Assembly: GCA_963701765.1 (NCBI GenBank)
Contig: CAVPBD010000004.1
Location: forward strand, 229,384 to 293,383
Direction: 5' to 3'
Length of the DNA stretch: 64,000 nucleotides
DNA from: Candidatus Bathyarchaeota archaeon
GTDB lineage: Archaea; Thermoproteota; Bathyarchaeia; Bathyarchaeales; Bathycorpusculaceae
The position numbers and the translations under genes are program-made. This document shows, in pieces, positions 28,122-37,491 of this stretch. Below the pieces are notes generated by a model, which saw nothing but the letters and a program-made list of their open reading frames with translations, made no database searches and was not told where the DNA came from. How positions within the stretch are numbered: position 1 is the stretch's first letter; the number at the start of each line of letters is the position of its first letter.

Positions 28122-29429
28122 TTACTTCTTTTGTCTTCTAAGCAGTAACACAACTACAACTATAGCAATTATTATTGCAGCAGCTATTCCGGCTATTATG
28201 TAGGTTGTTGCTGTGTCCGAATTGGTTTGTGTTAGTGTCCCGAAAGCGTAGACGTGTTTGTCCATTGAACCTATGTATAATACTTCATCAACGACAGCTG
28301 GAGAAGAGTACATTGCACCGCCTGTCTGGTAGCTCCAGATTTGGTTGCCGTTTGTTTTATCCAAGGCGAAAACATTGCCGCGAAGACCGGTTAAAACAAG
28401 CGCAAATGTTGCGGGTGTAAAATCTGTTGGGGTTGGCCCCATATATGATGATCCTGCGTATACAGCGTTACCGACAACTATTGGAGAGCCAAACACTAGT
28501 CCATCAGTATCATGTTTCCATATCATGCTGCCGTCTGTTGCGTCTATTGCGTAAACAGCGCCATTAAGCGTTCCTGCGTATGACGACCCAACGTATACTA
28601 CCCCGTCTGCAACTGCAGGAGATGACTGTACACATAAGTCGTGACCTGTTTCAAAGCTCCAGATTTGTTGCCCTGTCGATGCGTTCACAGCGTAGGTTTT
28701 ATTGTCAAATGAACCAAAATAGACGACGCCTTCTGCAAAGGTTGGAGTAGACTCCACAAAAGACCGGGTTGGAAAGTTCCAGATTTTTTCGCCGGTTGTG
28801 GCATCTAAAGCGTAGACATTATAATCAAAAGAGCCCACGTAAACAACGCCACCGGCAACGGCAGCGGTAGCGACCACATCATCTCCAGTAAGGTATGTCC
28901 AAACCACATTACCTGATGATGCATCTAAGGCGTAGAACTTGTCATCAGCCGAACCAACATACACTATACCGTTTGCAACCTTGGGAGATGCTTGAACCTC
29001 GTCGCCTGTTGAATACTTCCATTTTAGGCTGCCAGTTGCGGCGTCCAGAGCATAAACGTTCCCATCATCAGAACCAATATACACTACGCCATTTGCCACT
29101 GCTGGAGAAGAAAAGATTCTGGCTCCAGTCGTGTATTCCCATACTTTGTCTCCGGTTGTGGCATCTAAAGCGTAGGTTTTGTTATCCATGCAACCGACAT
29201 AAACAAGCCCGTCAACGACAGCAATATCAGACCAAACCCAATTTCCAGCTGTAAAATTCCATAAAACATTATTTGTTTGAGGCCCAACTGAAGCCAAATT
29301 TCCTGTATTTGCTAAGTCTCTTTGACTCATTGGCCAATCTTCATTTTCAGCACTGACACTTAATGAAAATACCGAAAAGAAGGATATAACATAAACAACA
29401 ACAATACACAAACCTAATAATTTTCTCAA
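28122..29429 (-). CDS. secreted PQQ-like beta-propeller repeat protein with a C-terminal TM anchor
   Basis: Signal peptide 'MRKLLGLCIVVVYVISFFSVFSLSVSA', repeated 'VYVGS.D..VYALDA.TG...W' blades (about 8), and a C-terminal 'YIIAGIAAAIIIAIVVVVLLLRRQKK'. Confidence 0.8.
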   Translation of the reverse strand: MRKLLGLCIVVVYVISFFSVFSLSVSAENEDWPMSQRDLANTGNLASVGPQTNNVLWNFTAGNWVWSDIAVVDGLVYVGCMDNKTYALDATTGDKVWEYTTGARIFSSPAVANGVVYIGSDDGNVYALDAATGSLKWKYSTGDEVQASPKVANGIVYVGSADDKFYALDASSGNVVWTYLTGDDVVATAAVAGGVVYVGSFDYNVYALDATTGEKIWNFPTRSFVESTPTFAEGVVYFGSFDNKTYAVNASTGQQIWSFETGHDLCVQSSPAVADGVVYVGSSYAGTLNGAVYAIDATDGSMIWKHDTDGLVFGSPIVVGNAVYAGSSYMGPTPTDFTPATFALVLTGLRGNVFALDKTNGNQIWSYQTGGAMYSSPAVVDEVLYIGSMDKHVYAFGTLTQTNSDTATTYIIAGIAAAIIIAIVVVVLLLRRQKK

Positions 29430-29708
29430 AACATCTGCCGCTTTAAATTATTAATTTCTTAAAACAAGTACTCAGCATTTATAGTTATCTAAAATTATGG
29501 CTAAAATATTATTTCAGAAAGGTAAGCAAAAAAACCACAGCCTAAACAACCAAGTCATAACTTGGCATAAATTGTAGCACGGGAATCCATCTCAGCTCGT
29601 GTAGATTACTGTTTTCAATACACAAACGGGGGCAGAAAAAAGTTGGCTGTTTAAACCTTTTTCACCATTTTTATCCTTTTTAAGACGTAATCTAAGGTTA
29701 ATTTGAGT

Positions 29709-29721
29709 CCTAAATCAAAAA
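29709..29721 (+). repeat. copy 2 of the exact 13-mer 'cctaaatcaaaaa'
   Basis: Exact match to 15829-15841 and 43626-43638. It lies inside the 656-bp ORF-free region. Confidence 0.9.
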
Positions 29722-29791
29722 ATAGGTGCAAATCAAGCATTTTGACAGATTAAGGGGGTAGAAGAAAAATCGCGCATAAGAGTCGGGAAGT

Positions 29792-29820
29792 CTCTTTGCA
29801 AAGAGCTGTTTGTATACAAA
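29792..29820. promoter_or_regulatory. two adjacent perfect palindromes (14 bp + 12 bp), candidate dimeric-regulator sites
   Basis: 'ctctttgcaaagag' (29792-29805) and 'tttgtatacaaa' (29809-29820) are each self-complementary and are separated by 3 nt. Confidence 0.35.
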
Positions 29821-30085
29821 AGCATCAACTAAACCCACAAAACACCCGCGAAGCCACCCCGAAACGACCCAAAACAAAGAGTTGAAAACTTTTCAGGCTG
29901 TAGATGTAGCACCTAAAACCAATACTTCTACACACAACAAAAATAGAAAACAATAGCAAAGCAAAAGTGGGGATATTTGCATAAGCAGACGGCAAAAACA
30001 CGTTGGTAAAATATCAAAACAGGCAGAAAGGACGAAAAAACGCTATTAACCCGGGTTTTCTCTATGGTTAGAATTAGCAAGCAGA

Positions 30086-32347
30086 GTGTTTGATGGCGAT
30101 TTTGAATTGAAGGTAGCTGAGTTATGTATTCCGCAGGAGCTTAAAGAGGTCATTATTCAAGAGGGCATTACCGAGCTTTATCCGCCTCAAGCTGAATCGG
30201 TACAATTTGGAGTGCTTGAAGGCAAAAACCTGGTTCTTGCGAGCCCGACGGCTTCGGGGAAAACCCTTGTTGCCGAGCTTTGCTGCCTAAAACACGTGCT
30301 TGAATGCAAAGGAAAAACAATCTACCTCGCACCGCTAAGAGCCCTAGCAAGCGAAAAATTTGAAGACCTGCAAAGGTTCGCGAAGCTGCGCAAGGCAAAC
30401 GGGCAAAAAGTAACCATCGGCATAAGCACAGGCGATTTTGACAGCAACGATGTCTGGCTCGAAAGATACGATATTATTGTAACGACGAACGAGAAAGCTG
30501 ATTCACTTTTGCGGCACCGTTCGAAGTGGATGGAAGAGATCTCGCTCATTATAGCTGACGAAGTGCACCTACTAAATGATGCCGAACGCGGACCAACCCT
30601 CGAAGTCGTCTTGGCAAGAATGCTCCAAGTTAACCCGAAGGTTCAGGTACTTGCATTGAGCGCCACGATGGGCAATGTGAACGAAATCGCCGAGTGGCTC
30701 AAAGCTCAATACGTTGTCACTGAATGGCGACCAGTCAACCTCAAAGAAGGCGTACTGCTTCAAGACGAGATACAATTCAGAGATGGCAGCGCAAGGAAAA
30801 TCGAGCAGCCAACAGGTAACGACGCCGTCAATTTGGCCATGAACGTCGTGAAAACTGGCGGACAAGCACTCGTTTTTGTGTCCTCAAGAAAAAATGCTGC
30901 TGGATTGGCAAAGAAAATCGCCGACCACACAGGCGAAGTGCTAAGCAAACCAGCCAAACGCGCCCTGCAGATGGAATCCGAAAAAGTGCTCTCGGCAGAC
31001 GAGAAAACCCGGCTCAGCGAGTCGCTCTCAGAACTAGTCCGCTGCGGAGTAGCTTTTCACCATGCAGGATTAGCTGGACCACACCGCAAACTCATCGAGA
31101 ATCTGTTCAAACAAGGCAAAATCAAAGTCCTAACAGCCACACCTACCCTAGCTTTCGGAGTAAACCTGCCAGCAAGAACCGTAATCGTACAGGATTACCG
31201 GCGTTATGAGCCCGGATACGGCAACTACCCCATAAGCGTCTTAGAATACAAGCAGATGGCAGGAAGGGCAGGAAGACCAAAATACGACAAAAACGGCGAA
31301 TCCATACTCATAGCCAAAACCGCCGACGAATCAGACTACCTCATGGAAAACTTCATACTCGCAAAACCCGAACGCATCTGGTCCAGACTGGCAGTTGAGA
31401 AAATTATCCGAGGACACGTACTAGCAACTATTGCTTCGGACTTTGCACATACCGAAAATGGCATTTATGACTTCTTTGGTAGAACCTTCTACGCATACCA
31501 GTACGATGTAAAAGCGATTAAGAGCATCATCGCTAAGATACTGAAATACCTACATGATGAAGAAATGATTTACTATATTGACGCTAGTAACATCGGAGCA
31601 ACCAAATTTGGAAAACGTATTAGCGAACTCTACATCGATCCCATTACAGGGGTGGTTATCCGTGATGCTTTCAAGCAGAAGCCATTGAATCTTACGGATT
31701 TTAGTATGCTTCACCTCATCACCCACACGCCCGATATGGCACCAATTATGCGCCCCTACAATCGAAAAGAAATTGAAGATATATCACTCCAAACAGAGCA
31801 ACTTCGTGAAGAACTTTTCATTCAACCACCTAACGAATGGGACGACCGGGTCGCCTTCGAAACGTTCTTGGGAGAAATTAAAACCGCAAAAATCCTCAAA
31901 GCGTGGATAGAAGAAACCACTGAAGAGCAGCTATTAGAAAAGCATAACGTACAGCCAGGAGACCTTTATCGCATAATCGAGAGCGGTAAATGGCTACTGC
32001 ACGCAACACAAGAGCTTGCTCAGTTGCTTGGTGCAAAAGATATGATGCCATTAACAGCCGAACTTGACGAACGCGTATCCAAAGGTATAAAGAAAGAGCT
32101 ACTACCAATCGTGAAGTTGGAAGGTATTGGTAGAGTAAGAGGACGTATTCTCTTCAATGCAGGGTATAAAAAGTTCGAAGATATAAAACGCGTAGAACTC
32201 GAATATTTAGTTAGGCTTTTAGGACCAGCAACAGCAAAAAAAGTTAAAGAGCAAGTTGGCGGAAAAGTAGACAAAGAAGAATGGAAATCGCTCGGCAACC
32301 CCAGTAAAGCCGAGGAAAACAAACAGAAAGCTTTGACCGAATTCTAA
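30086..32347 (+). CDS. hel308: Ski2-like DNA helicase Hel308
   Basis: Walker A 'ASPTASGKT', 'DEVH', 'SAT', 'HHAGL', 'QMAGRAGR', and a C-terminal HhH-like domain. The start is GTG at 30086 or the in-frame TTG at 30107 ('MKVAELCIPQEL'). Confidence 0.85.
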   Translation: MFDGDFELKVAELCIPQELKEVIIQEGITELYPPQAESVQFGVLEGKNLVLASPTASGKTLVAELCCLKHVLECKGKTIYLAPLRALASEKFEDLQRFAKLRKANGQKVTIGISTGDFDSNDVWLERYDIIVTTNEKADSLLRHRSKWMEEISLIIADEVHLLNDAERGPTLEVVLARMLQVNPKVQVLALSATMGNVNEIAEWLKAQYVVTEWRPVNLKEGVLLQDEIQFRDGSARKIEQPTGNDAVNLAMNVVKTGGQALVFVSSRKNAAGLAKKIADHTGEVLSKPAKRALQMESEKVLSADEKTRLSESLSELVRCGVAFHHAGLAGPHRKLIENLFKQGKIKVLTATPTLAFGVNLPARTVIVQDYRRYEPGYGNYPISVLEYKQMAGRAGRPKYDKNGESILIAKTADESDYLMENFILAKPERIWSRLAVEKIIRGHVLATIASDFAHTENGIYDFFGRTFYAYQYDVKAIKSIIAKILKYLHDEEMIYYIDASNIGATKFGKRISELYIDPITGVVIRDAFKQKPLNLTDFSMLHLITHTPDMAPIMRPYNRKEIEDISLQTEQLREELFIQPPNEWDDRVAFETFLGEIKTAKILKAWIEETTEEQLLEKHNVQPGDLYRIIESGKWLLHATQELAQLLGAKDMMPLTAELDERVSKGIKKELLPIVKLEGIGRVRGRILFNAGYKKFEDIKRVELEYLVRLLGPATAKKVKEQVGGKVDKEEWKSLGNPSKAEENKQKALTEF

Positions 32348-32353
32348 ATTAGA

Positions 32354-33694
32354 TCAGAATTTGCTATTTGCGAATTTGTCTGCTTGTTTAATTGCTGTTC
32401 CAAGGTAGCTTTTAGGGTTCAAAGCCGCATCGATTTCGGTTTCGCTGAGTTTACTACTCACCAATTTGTCTTCTTGAAGGATTTGTTTGAAGTGTCGTTT
32501 TTCAACTTCGCTTTTTATGGTTAGTTTGCGCAGCATTTCATGGGCTTCTTGGCGGTTGACGCCTTTGCGTGCGAGCGCCATCATAACGGATTCGGACATG
32601 GTTCGTCCCTGCGTGAAGTCGATGTTTTTGAGCATGCGTTGTTCGTCAACCCGCAAGTTGGCAACTATGTTAAGCATGAGTGAAAGCAGATAGTCGGTGA
32701 GTATGCAGGATTCTGGAATCAGAAAGCGTTCAGTAGAGGACTGCGTTAAGTCGCGTTCGTGCCATGTAACCATGTTTTCAACTGCGGGAATAGTGAGGCT
32801 TCGGACGATTCGGGCTAAACCACAGATGCGCTCGCAGGTTTCAGGGTTACGTTTATGAGGCATAGTGGAGCTTCCGACTTGCTTTTCTGCTTCAAAAGAC
32901 TCAAAGAGTTCTCCAATTTCGGGTCTTTGCAACTCGCGGATTTCTACCGAGAAGTTGTCCAGCGACGAAACGACCATGGATAATATACTTATTAGTTCAG
33001 CGTAACGATCACGTTGCACGATTTGGGTGGAAATCTCCGCCGCATCAATACCGAGCCGTCTCATGACAAGGCCCTGAATTTCGATGGCGTGTTCGCCAAG
33101 ACCTGCCTGGGTGCCAACTGCACCACTCATCTTTCCAGCGATGACACGTTCATGACACTGCTGAAGCCTCTGAATGTGCCGGTTTACTTCGTAACCCCAG
33201 ACAGCAAACTTAAAACCCAGAGTAATCGGTAAGGCGTGCTGGCCATGTGTTCTACCCATCATTACTGTTTCTTTATATAGTTCAGCTTTCTCCTGCAAAA
33301 GACTCCGCAAGGCTGCAAGGCGTCTTTCAATTATTGCTAGAGCATCTTTGAGTTGCAAGGCGTTAGCTGTGTCGACGATGTCGTAGCTGGTTGCACCTAA
33401 ATGGACATATCCACCACTAGGTCCACATTGCTCTGAAAGTGCACGAACAAGCGAAGCTATATCGTGTTTGATTTCTTTCTCGATATCCTTTACGCGTTCA
33501 ACTTTAACGTATTTGGTTGAAGCCATGTCGCCGATCTTTTGGGCGTCTGCTTTAGGTATATCACCAACTTCAGCATGCGCCCAAGCTAACGCTGCTTCGA
33601 CGTTGAGCATTTTTTGGAGACGATCTTCTTCTTCGAAAACCTTGAGCATCTCGGGTGTTCCGTAGCGACCGGTATCAATGGGTAAGATGGGCAT
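32354..33694 (-). CDS. purB: adenylosuccinate lyase
   Basis: Fumarate-lyase signature 'GSSTMPHKRNPE' and a typical PurB N-terminus 'YGTPEM'. The maximal ORF extends to 33712. Confidence 0.9.
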   Translation of the reverse strand: MPILPIDTGRYGTPEMLKVFEEEDRLQKMLNVEAALAWAHAEVGDIPKADAQKIGDMASTKYVKVERVKDIEKEIKHDIASLVRALSEQCGPSGGYVHLGATSYDIVDTANALQLKDALAIIERRLAALRSLLQEKAELYKETVMMGRTHGQHALPITLGFKFAVWGYEVNRHIQRLQQCHERVIAGKMSGAVGTQAGLGEHAIEIQGLVMRRLGIDAAEISTQIVQRDRYAELISILSMVVSSLDNFSVEIRELQRPEIGELFESFEAEKQVGSSTMPHKRNPETCERICGLARIVRSLTIPAVENMVTWHERDLTQSSTERFLIPESCILTDYLLSLMLNIVANLRVDEQRMLKNIDFTQGRTMSESVMMALARKGVNRQEAHEMLRKLTIKSEVEKRHFKQILQEDKLVSSKLSETEIDAALNPKSYLGTAIKQADKFANSKF

Positions 33695-33785
33695 TCCTTT
33701 TTCCTCGCACAATGATATGCGGGTTAAACATTAATGTCTTACCAAACTCTATACATGACAATATTGAACTAAATGGCGATTTACC

Positions 33786-35240
33786 GTGAAAACCACAATT
33801 GCAGCAATAGACAAAAGAGGCGAGAACATAACACCAGCTATTATTGATACACTTGAAGACTTATTCCCAGAAAAAAATTCTAACTTTGGACTAGGTACAC
33901 CTTCCAAGCTAATAACAGAAAAAGACGCAAACATACTACGTAGACAAAATGTAAACTCATCTATAGCAATTGGATATGGAGTATCTTCAACCGTTTCGTT
34001 AAATGAGTTGCGGTTTGGAAAATTGGAGGATTCAGCAATTATTTTTGAAGGAAACGTTTACGCACCAACTATAAAAACCTCAATAACGGAGATACTTCAA
34101 TCCCAACTGGACGGTACCAAGGCGGTTGAGACTTTTCTTAAAGATGCAGATGGTGATTTTTCGCTCATAACAGCCAAAGCTGGCAAGATCGTGGCTGCAA
34201 GAGACCCCATAGGCGTGCAACCCCTTTACTATGGTGAAAACGCAAAGATTGCCGTTCTAGCATCAAATCTAAAGGCATTATGGAATTTAGGAATCGATGA
34301 ACCGCGATCATTTCCACCAGGGCATTTGGCGGTTATCACAACTGAAGGTTTTAAGTTTGAACCAGTTAAAACGTTAACTTACACTGAACCTGAAGCTGTT
34401 AACATGGAGGATAGCGCTAAAACTCTACAAAGGTTGCTTGAACATTCTGTTCGAATTCGCGTTTTTGGGTTAAAAGAAGTGGCAGTGGCATTTTCGGGCG
34501 GATTAGACAGCAGTGTAGTCGCACATTTGGCCAAGAAATACTGTTCTAATGTACAGTTGATACATGTTAGTTTGGAAAATCAGCCAGAAACCGAAGAAGC
34601 ATGGAAAGCTGCCGAAGAGCTGGATTTACCATTACAAGTCCATCTCTTTAAAGAAACAGACGTTGAAGAAAGTATACCAAAAGTCTTGGAGCTTATTGAG
34701 GACCCAGAGCCGCTCAAAGTAAGTGTAGGTGTACCATTTTATTGGGTAGCAGAGAAAACCGTTGAAGCTAAATTGCGGGTTTTACTTGCGGGGCAGGGCG
34801 CCGATGAACTTTTTGGAGGATACCAACGCTACGTAAAAGAGTACCTATTAGAAGGAGATGAAAAAGTCAGGAAGACCTTTTTTAGCGATATTAAAACTCT
34901 TCATGAAACAAATATTGAAAGAGACAAAAAAATCTGTGCCTTCCACGATGTATCATTGCGTTTACCGTTTGCATCCTTTGAAATTGTCAAATTCGCTATG
35001 AGTCTACCAACTGAATTAAAGTTTGAGAAAAAGCCAGATTCTATAAGAAAACTTGTGCTGAGAAGAGTTGCGAAGAACTTGAGCATCCCTGATAGTATCG
35101 CACAAAAGCCAAAGAAGGCAGTACAATACAGCACAGGAATAAGTGATGCCCTCAAGAAACTAGCGAAAAAGCGCGCTATTACACTCGGTGAGTACTTGAG
35201 TGAACTTTTTCAAAAGCAAATGGAAACAATTAAGAAATAA
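33786..35240 (+). CDS. asparagine-synthase-like protein (Ntn-like domain without N-terminal Cys + PP-loop synthetase domain)
   Basis: PP-loop 'AFSGGLDSSVVAHL' and an AsnB-like 'ARDPIGVQPLYYG'. GTG start, and the N-terminus 'MKTTIAAID' lacks the catalytic Cys2. Confidence 0.75.
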   Translation: MKTTIAAIDKRGENITPAIIDTLEDLFPEKNSNFGLGTPSKLITEKDANILRRQNVNSSIAIGYGVSSTVSLNELRFGKLEDSAIIFEGNVYAPTIKTSITEILQSQLDGTKAVETFLKDADGDFSLITAKAGKIVAARDPIGVQPLYYGENAKIAVLASNLKALWNLGIDEPRSFPPGHLAVITTEGFKFEPVKTLTYTEPEAVNMEDSAKTLQRLLEHSVRIRVFGLKEVAVAFSGGLDSSVVAHLAKKYCSNVQLIHVSLENQPETEEAWKAAEELDLPLQVHLFKETDVEESIPKVLELIEDPEPLKVSVGVPFYWVAEKTVEAKLRVLLAGQGADELFGGYQRYVKEYLLEGDEKVRKTFFSDIKTLHETNIERDKKICAFHDVSLRLPFASFEIVKFAMSLPTELKFEKKPDSIRKLVLRRVAKNLSIPDSIAQKPKKAVQYSTGISDALKKLAKKRAITLGEYLSELFQKQMETIKK

Positions 35241-35315
35241 TATGAAATAAAAGTAAAGAAAAAAATTCCGGATACTATTGGTTGATTTTAAGATGCGCCT
35301 AAATCGAGGGAGAAT

Positions 35316-35495
35316 TTACTCGATTACTTGGATTGCGCCTTGTGGACATTGTGATTCGCATGCTCTGCAGACTAAGCATTCATCGACCTTGACTGGTACT
35401 GCTTTGCCGTCTTTCATTTCGTAGACGCTAACTGGACAGGTGTTTACGCAAGTTTCGCATCCGTTACATTTGGAATCGACTACGATTTTTACCAT
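35316..35495 (-). CDS. 2x[4Fe-4S] ferredoxin
   Basis: 'CNGCETCVNTCP' and 'CLVCRACESQCP'. The likely start is 'MVKIVV' at 35495, and the maximal ORF extends to 35528. Confidence 0.85.
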   Translation of the reverse strand: MVKIVVDSKCNGCETCVNTCPVSVYEMKDGKAVPVKVDECLVCRACESQCPQGAIQVIE

Positions 35496-35556
35496 TTTTA
35501 TACCTCTGTTAAATTGTATCCAAAGCAAAAAAGAAAGATAAAAGGTTTTAGGCTAA

Positions 35557-37299
35557 TTAACTGATTTCTCCACGTAATCTTAGTAATAGTCCGCTAATTT
35601 TATTCTGGGTTTTTTCTTTGCGTTGCTCTATATCGGCTAGTTGTTTCTTATAGTCTTCTAATGAAATTTCTCCTACGCGGTGACGGTTTTCGAGGGTTAT
35701 GAGTTCCTGATCAACTTCAACAGCATCGACTTCAGCAACATCTAACTGTCTAATTATGTCCGCATGGCTTCCTCCAGTACTGCGCAGGGCTTCTTTTAGC
35801 TCAGATAGGGTTTTAGATAGTATGCTGATGCGGGTTTCTATTCCGTTACGCTGTAATTTGTATCGGCGCCGTGGGATTCGTCCTTTTTGAACTCTTGCTT
35901 CAAGAGATTTTAATTCAGCGTTAAGTTGGATCTTCTCATCGTATGCGTCTACGAATGTTCGAATTTGGTCAGAACTCAAACCAACTGCTGCGATTGTTGG
36001 AGACGATGTTTTTATTGGTACTGTCTTGGTTCGGGGTCTAATCAATATTGCAGTTGCTATTACACCGATTATTGCTAAGACCCACATCCAGATAGTTGGA
36101 CGGAAAGCTATCCATAATGGATTATAATTATATGTAACCTGTAAAACCGCCTGAGAGCGGAATAGTCTATCGGTAAAGGTAATTCCTTCACGGTTGACAG
36201 TTAAAGTCTCTTGGAATGCGCTTCGGGTTAAACTTGAAGAGGCATCGAGTTCGGATATCTTTGGAGAAACAATTGTTGCGCCTTCAGGTATTGTTATAGT
36301 TGTGGAAACTTGATTAACATAATAATTGAAGTAGGGATACAAATCTATAGCTAGAATAAAGTCTGATTGCTGTGGAGTAATGCTGGGCAAGTTGTAGGAT
36401 AGTGAAATCAAAACAATATCGCTTGTTCCTACTGGTGCTACAAAAGTTACGTTGGCCACATTTGTTATGTCCACAGTGTCCAGAATAGTGACTGATAGAA
36501 CTCTTCCGAATTGGTCTCTTGCCGCAACGTTAGTAGCTTTGGGGGGTAAGTTTAGTTTAAAGGAGCTAATGCTGTTGGTTGAGTTGTTAATTATCTGGTA
36601 TTTGTCTGTGTAAGTAACTACGCCATTAGAGCTTATTTCGATGTTGCGATTTAAAGTTGGAATAGTCACTTCTTGGATGTAGCCGGTTGTTACTGTAAAA
36701 GTTGCGTTACCCGGCATATTTGTAAAAGCGACTAGGGAGTCTTTGGTGTATATAGTTGAGTTAGTTTCACCATCATCCTTGGCTATACTGTTTATAGTAC
36801 AGCCGAATGGCAGAGTAAGATTTGTGGTTGCTGTTCCCGCATTTGATGTTAGACTTGGATAGGCGGGGAATTCTAGATAAAACCCATTCAGAGTAGGGGT
36901 AAGAAGAGCGTTAGATAAGATGAAAACAACAGTGAAACTGTTTGATGCTCCATTAGATAAGTCTACGGTTGCACCGTAGAAACCACTTTGACCTTGTACC
37001 AGTCCACCGAGGGATACAGATAAGGTCTTGTTATTTGAATCGTATGCTTCACTTTCAATAACCGAAGAACTATATTGGAAAGGAAAACCTACTGAGAAAC
37101 TGTTAGGCATTTGCCCCGAAATTTGAATTGTATCACGTATAACAATTTGCCCAGAGTGTAGGACACGCACATCATGAAATACGCTTTGTATGCTGTAGTT
37201 AGTTGTTTGAGCCTGTACTTTTGGGGCGGTTAAGGAAAAGGGTAATAGTATAGCTAATGAAAAAACTATCAATACCAAGACTACAGCTATTTTCTTCAC
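35557..37299 (-). CDS. type-I membrane glycoprotein-like protein; candidate ribophorin I/Ost1-like (OST subunit) homolog
   Basis: Signal peptide, a ~400-aa beta-rich ectodomain with many N-x-S/T sequons, a single TM 'IWMWVLAIIGVIATAILI', and a ~160-aa charged coiled-coil tail. Several blocks are colinear with ribophorin I as I recall it (see finding). Confidence 0.5.
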   Translation of the reverse strand: MKKIAVVLVLIVFSLAILLPFSLTAPKVQAQTTNYSIQSVFHDVRVLHSGQIVIRDTIQISGQMPNSFSVGFPFQYSSSVIESEAYDSNNKTLSVSLGGLVQGQSGFYGATVDLSNGASNSFTVVFILSNALLTPTLNGFYLEFPAYPSLTSNAGTATTNLTLPFGCTINSIAKDDGETNSTIYTKDSLVAFTNMPGNATFTVTTGYIQEVTIPTLNRNIEISSNGVVTYTDKYQIINNSTNSISSFKLNLPPKATNVAARDQFGRVLSVTILDTVDITNVANVTFVAPVGTSDIVLISLSYNLPSITPQQSDFILAIDLYPYFNYYVNQVSTTITIPEGATIVSPKISELDASSSLTRSAFQETLTVNREGITFTDRLFRSQAVLQVTYNYNPLWIAFRPTIWMWVLAIIGVIATAILIRPRTKTVPIKTSSPTIAAVGLSSDQIRTFVDAYDEKIQLNAELKSLEARVQKGRIPRRRYKLQRNGIETRISILSKTLSELKEALRSTGGSHADIIRQLDVAEVDAVEVDQELITLENRHRVGEISLEDYKKQLADIEQRKEKTQNKISGLLLRLRGEIS

Positions 37300-37491
37300 T
37301 TGAATTCCTCTAGGTGTCAGTTTTCTTTATTTTACCGTTAGCTTGTTTATTTACTTTTCATGCTACGCTTTGCACATATTTAGGCTTTCGTATAAGATAT
37401 TAAATTCAAAATGAAAAGCTGCCCAAACATGCAAGGGAAAAAAGTAAGAGCTAATTAATAGCTACTTAAAAGAATCTTCACAACTAAAAAC

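Noticed and set aside
29430-30085. Long AT-rich intergenic region considered as a replication origin
   Set aside because: There is no adjacent orc1/cdc6, I could not identify clear ORB or mini-ORB inverted repeats, and no skew computation is possible here. It is kept only as one of several hypotheses in the finding.
35297-35304. Additional 8-mer matches 'cctaaatc' (35297 and 44502) and 'gctaaatc' (443)
   Set aside because: 8-mers are expected about once or more per strand in 64 kb of AT-rich DNA. One overlaps a stop codon (44504-44506). They are not counted as copies of the 13-mer element.
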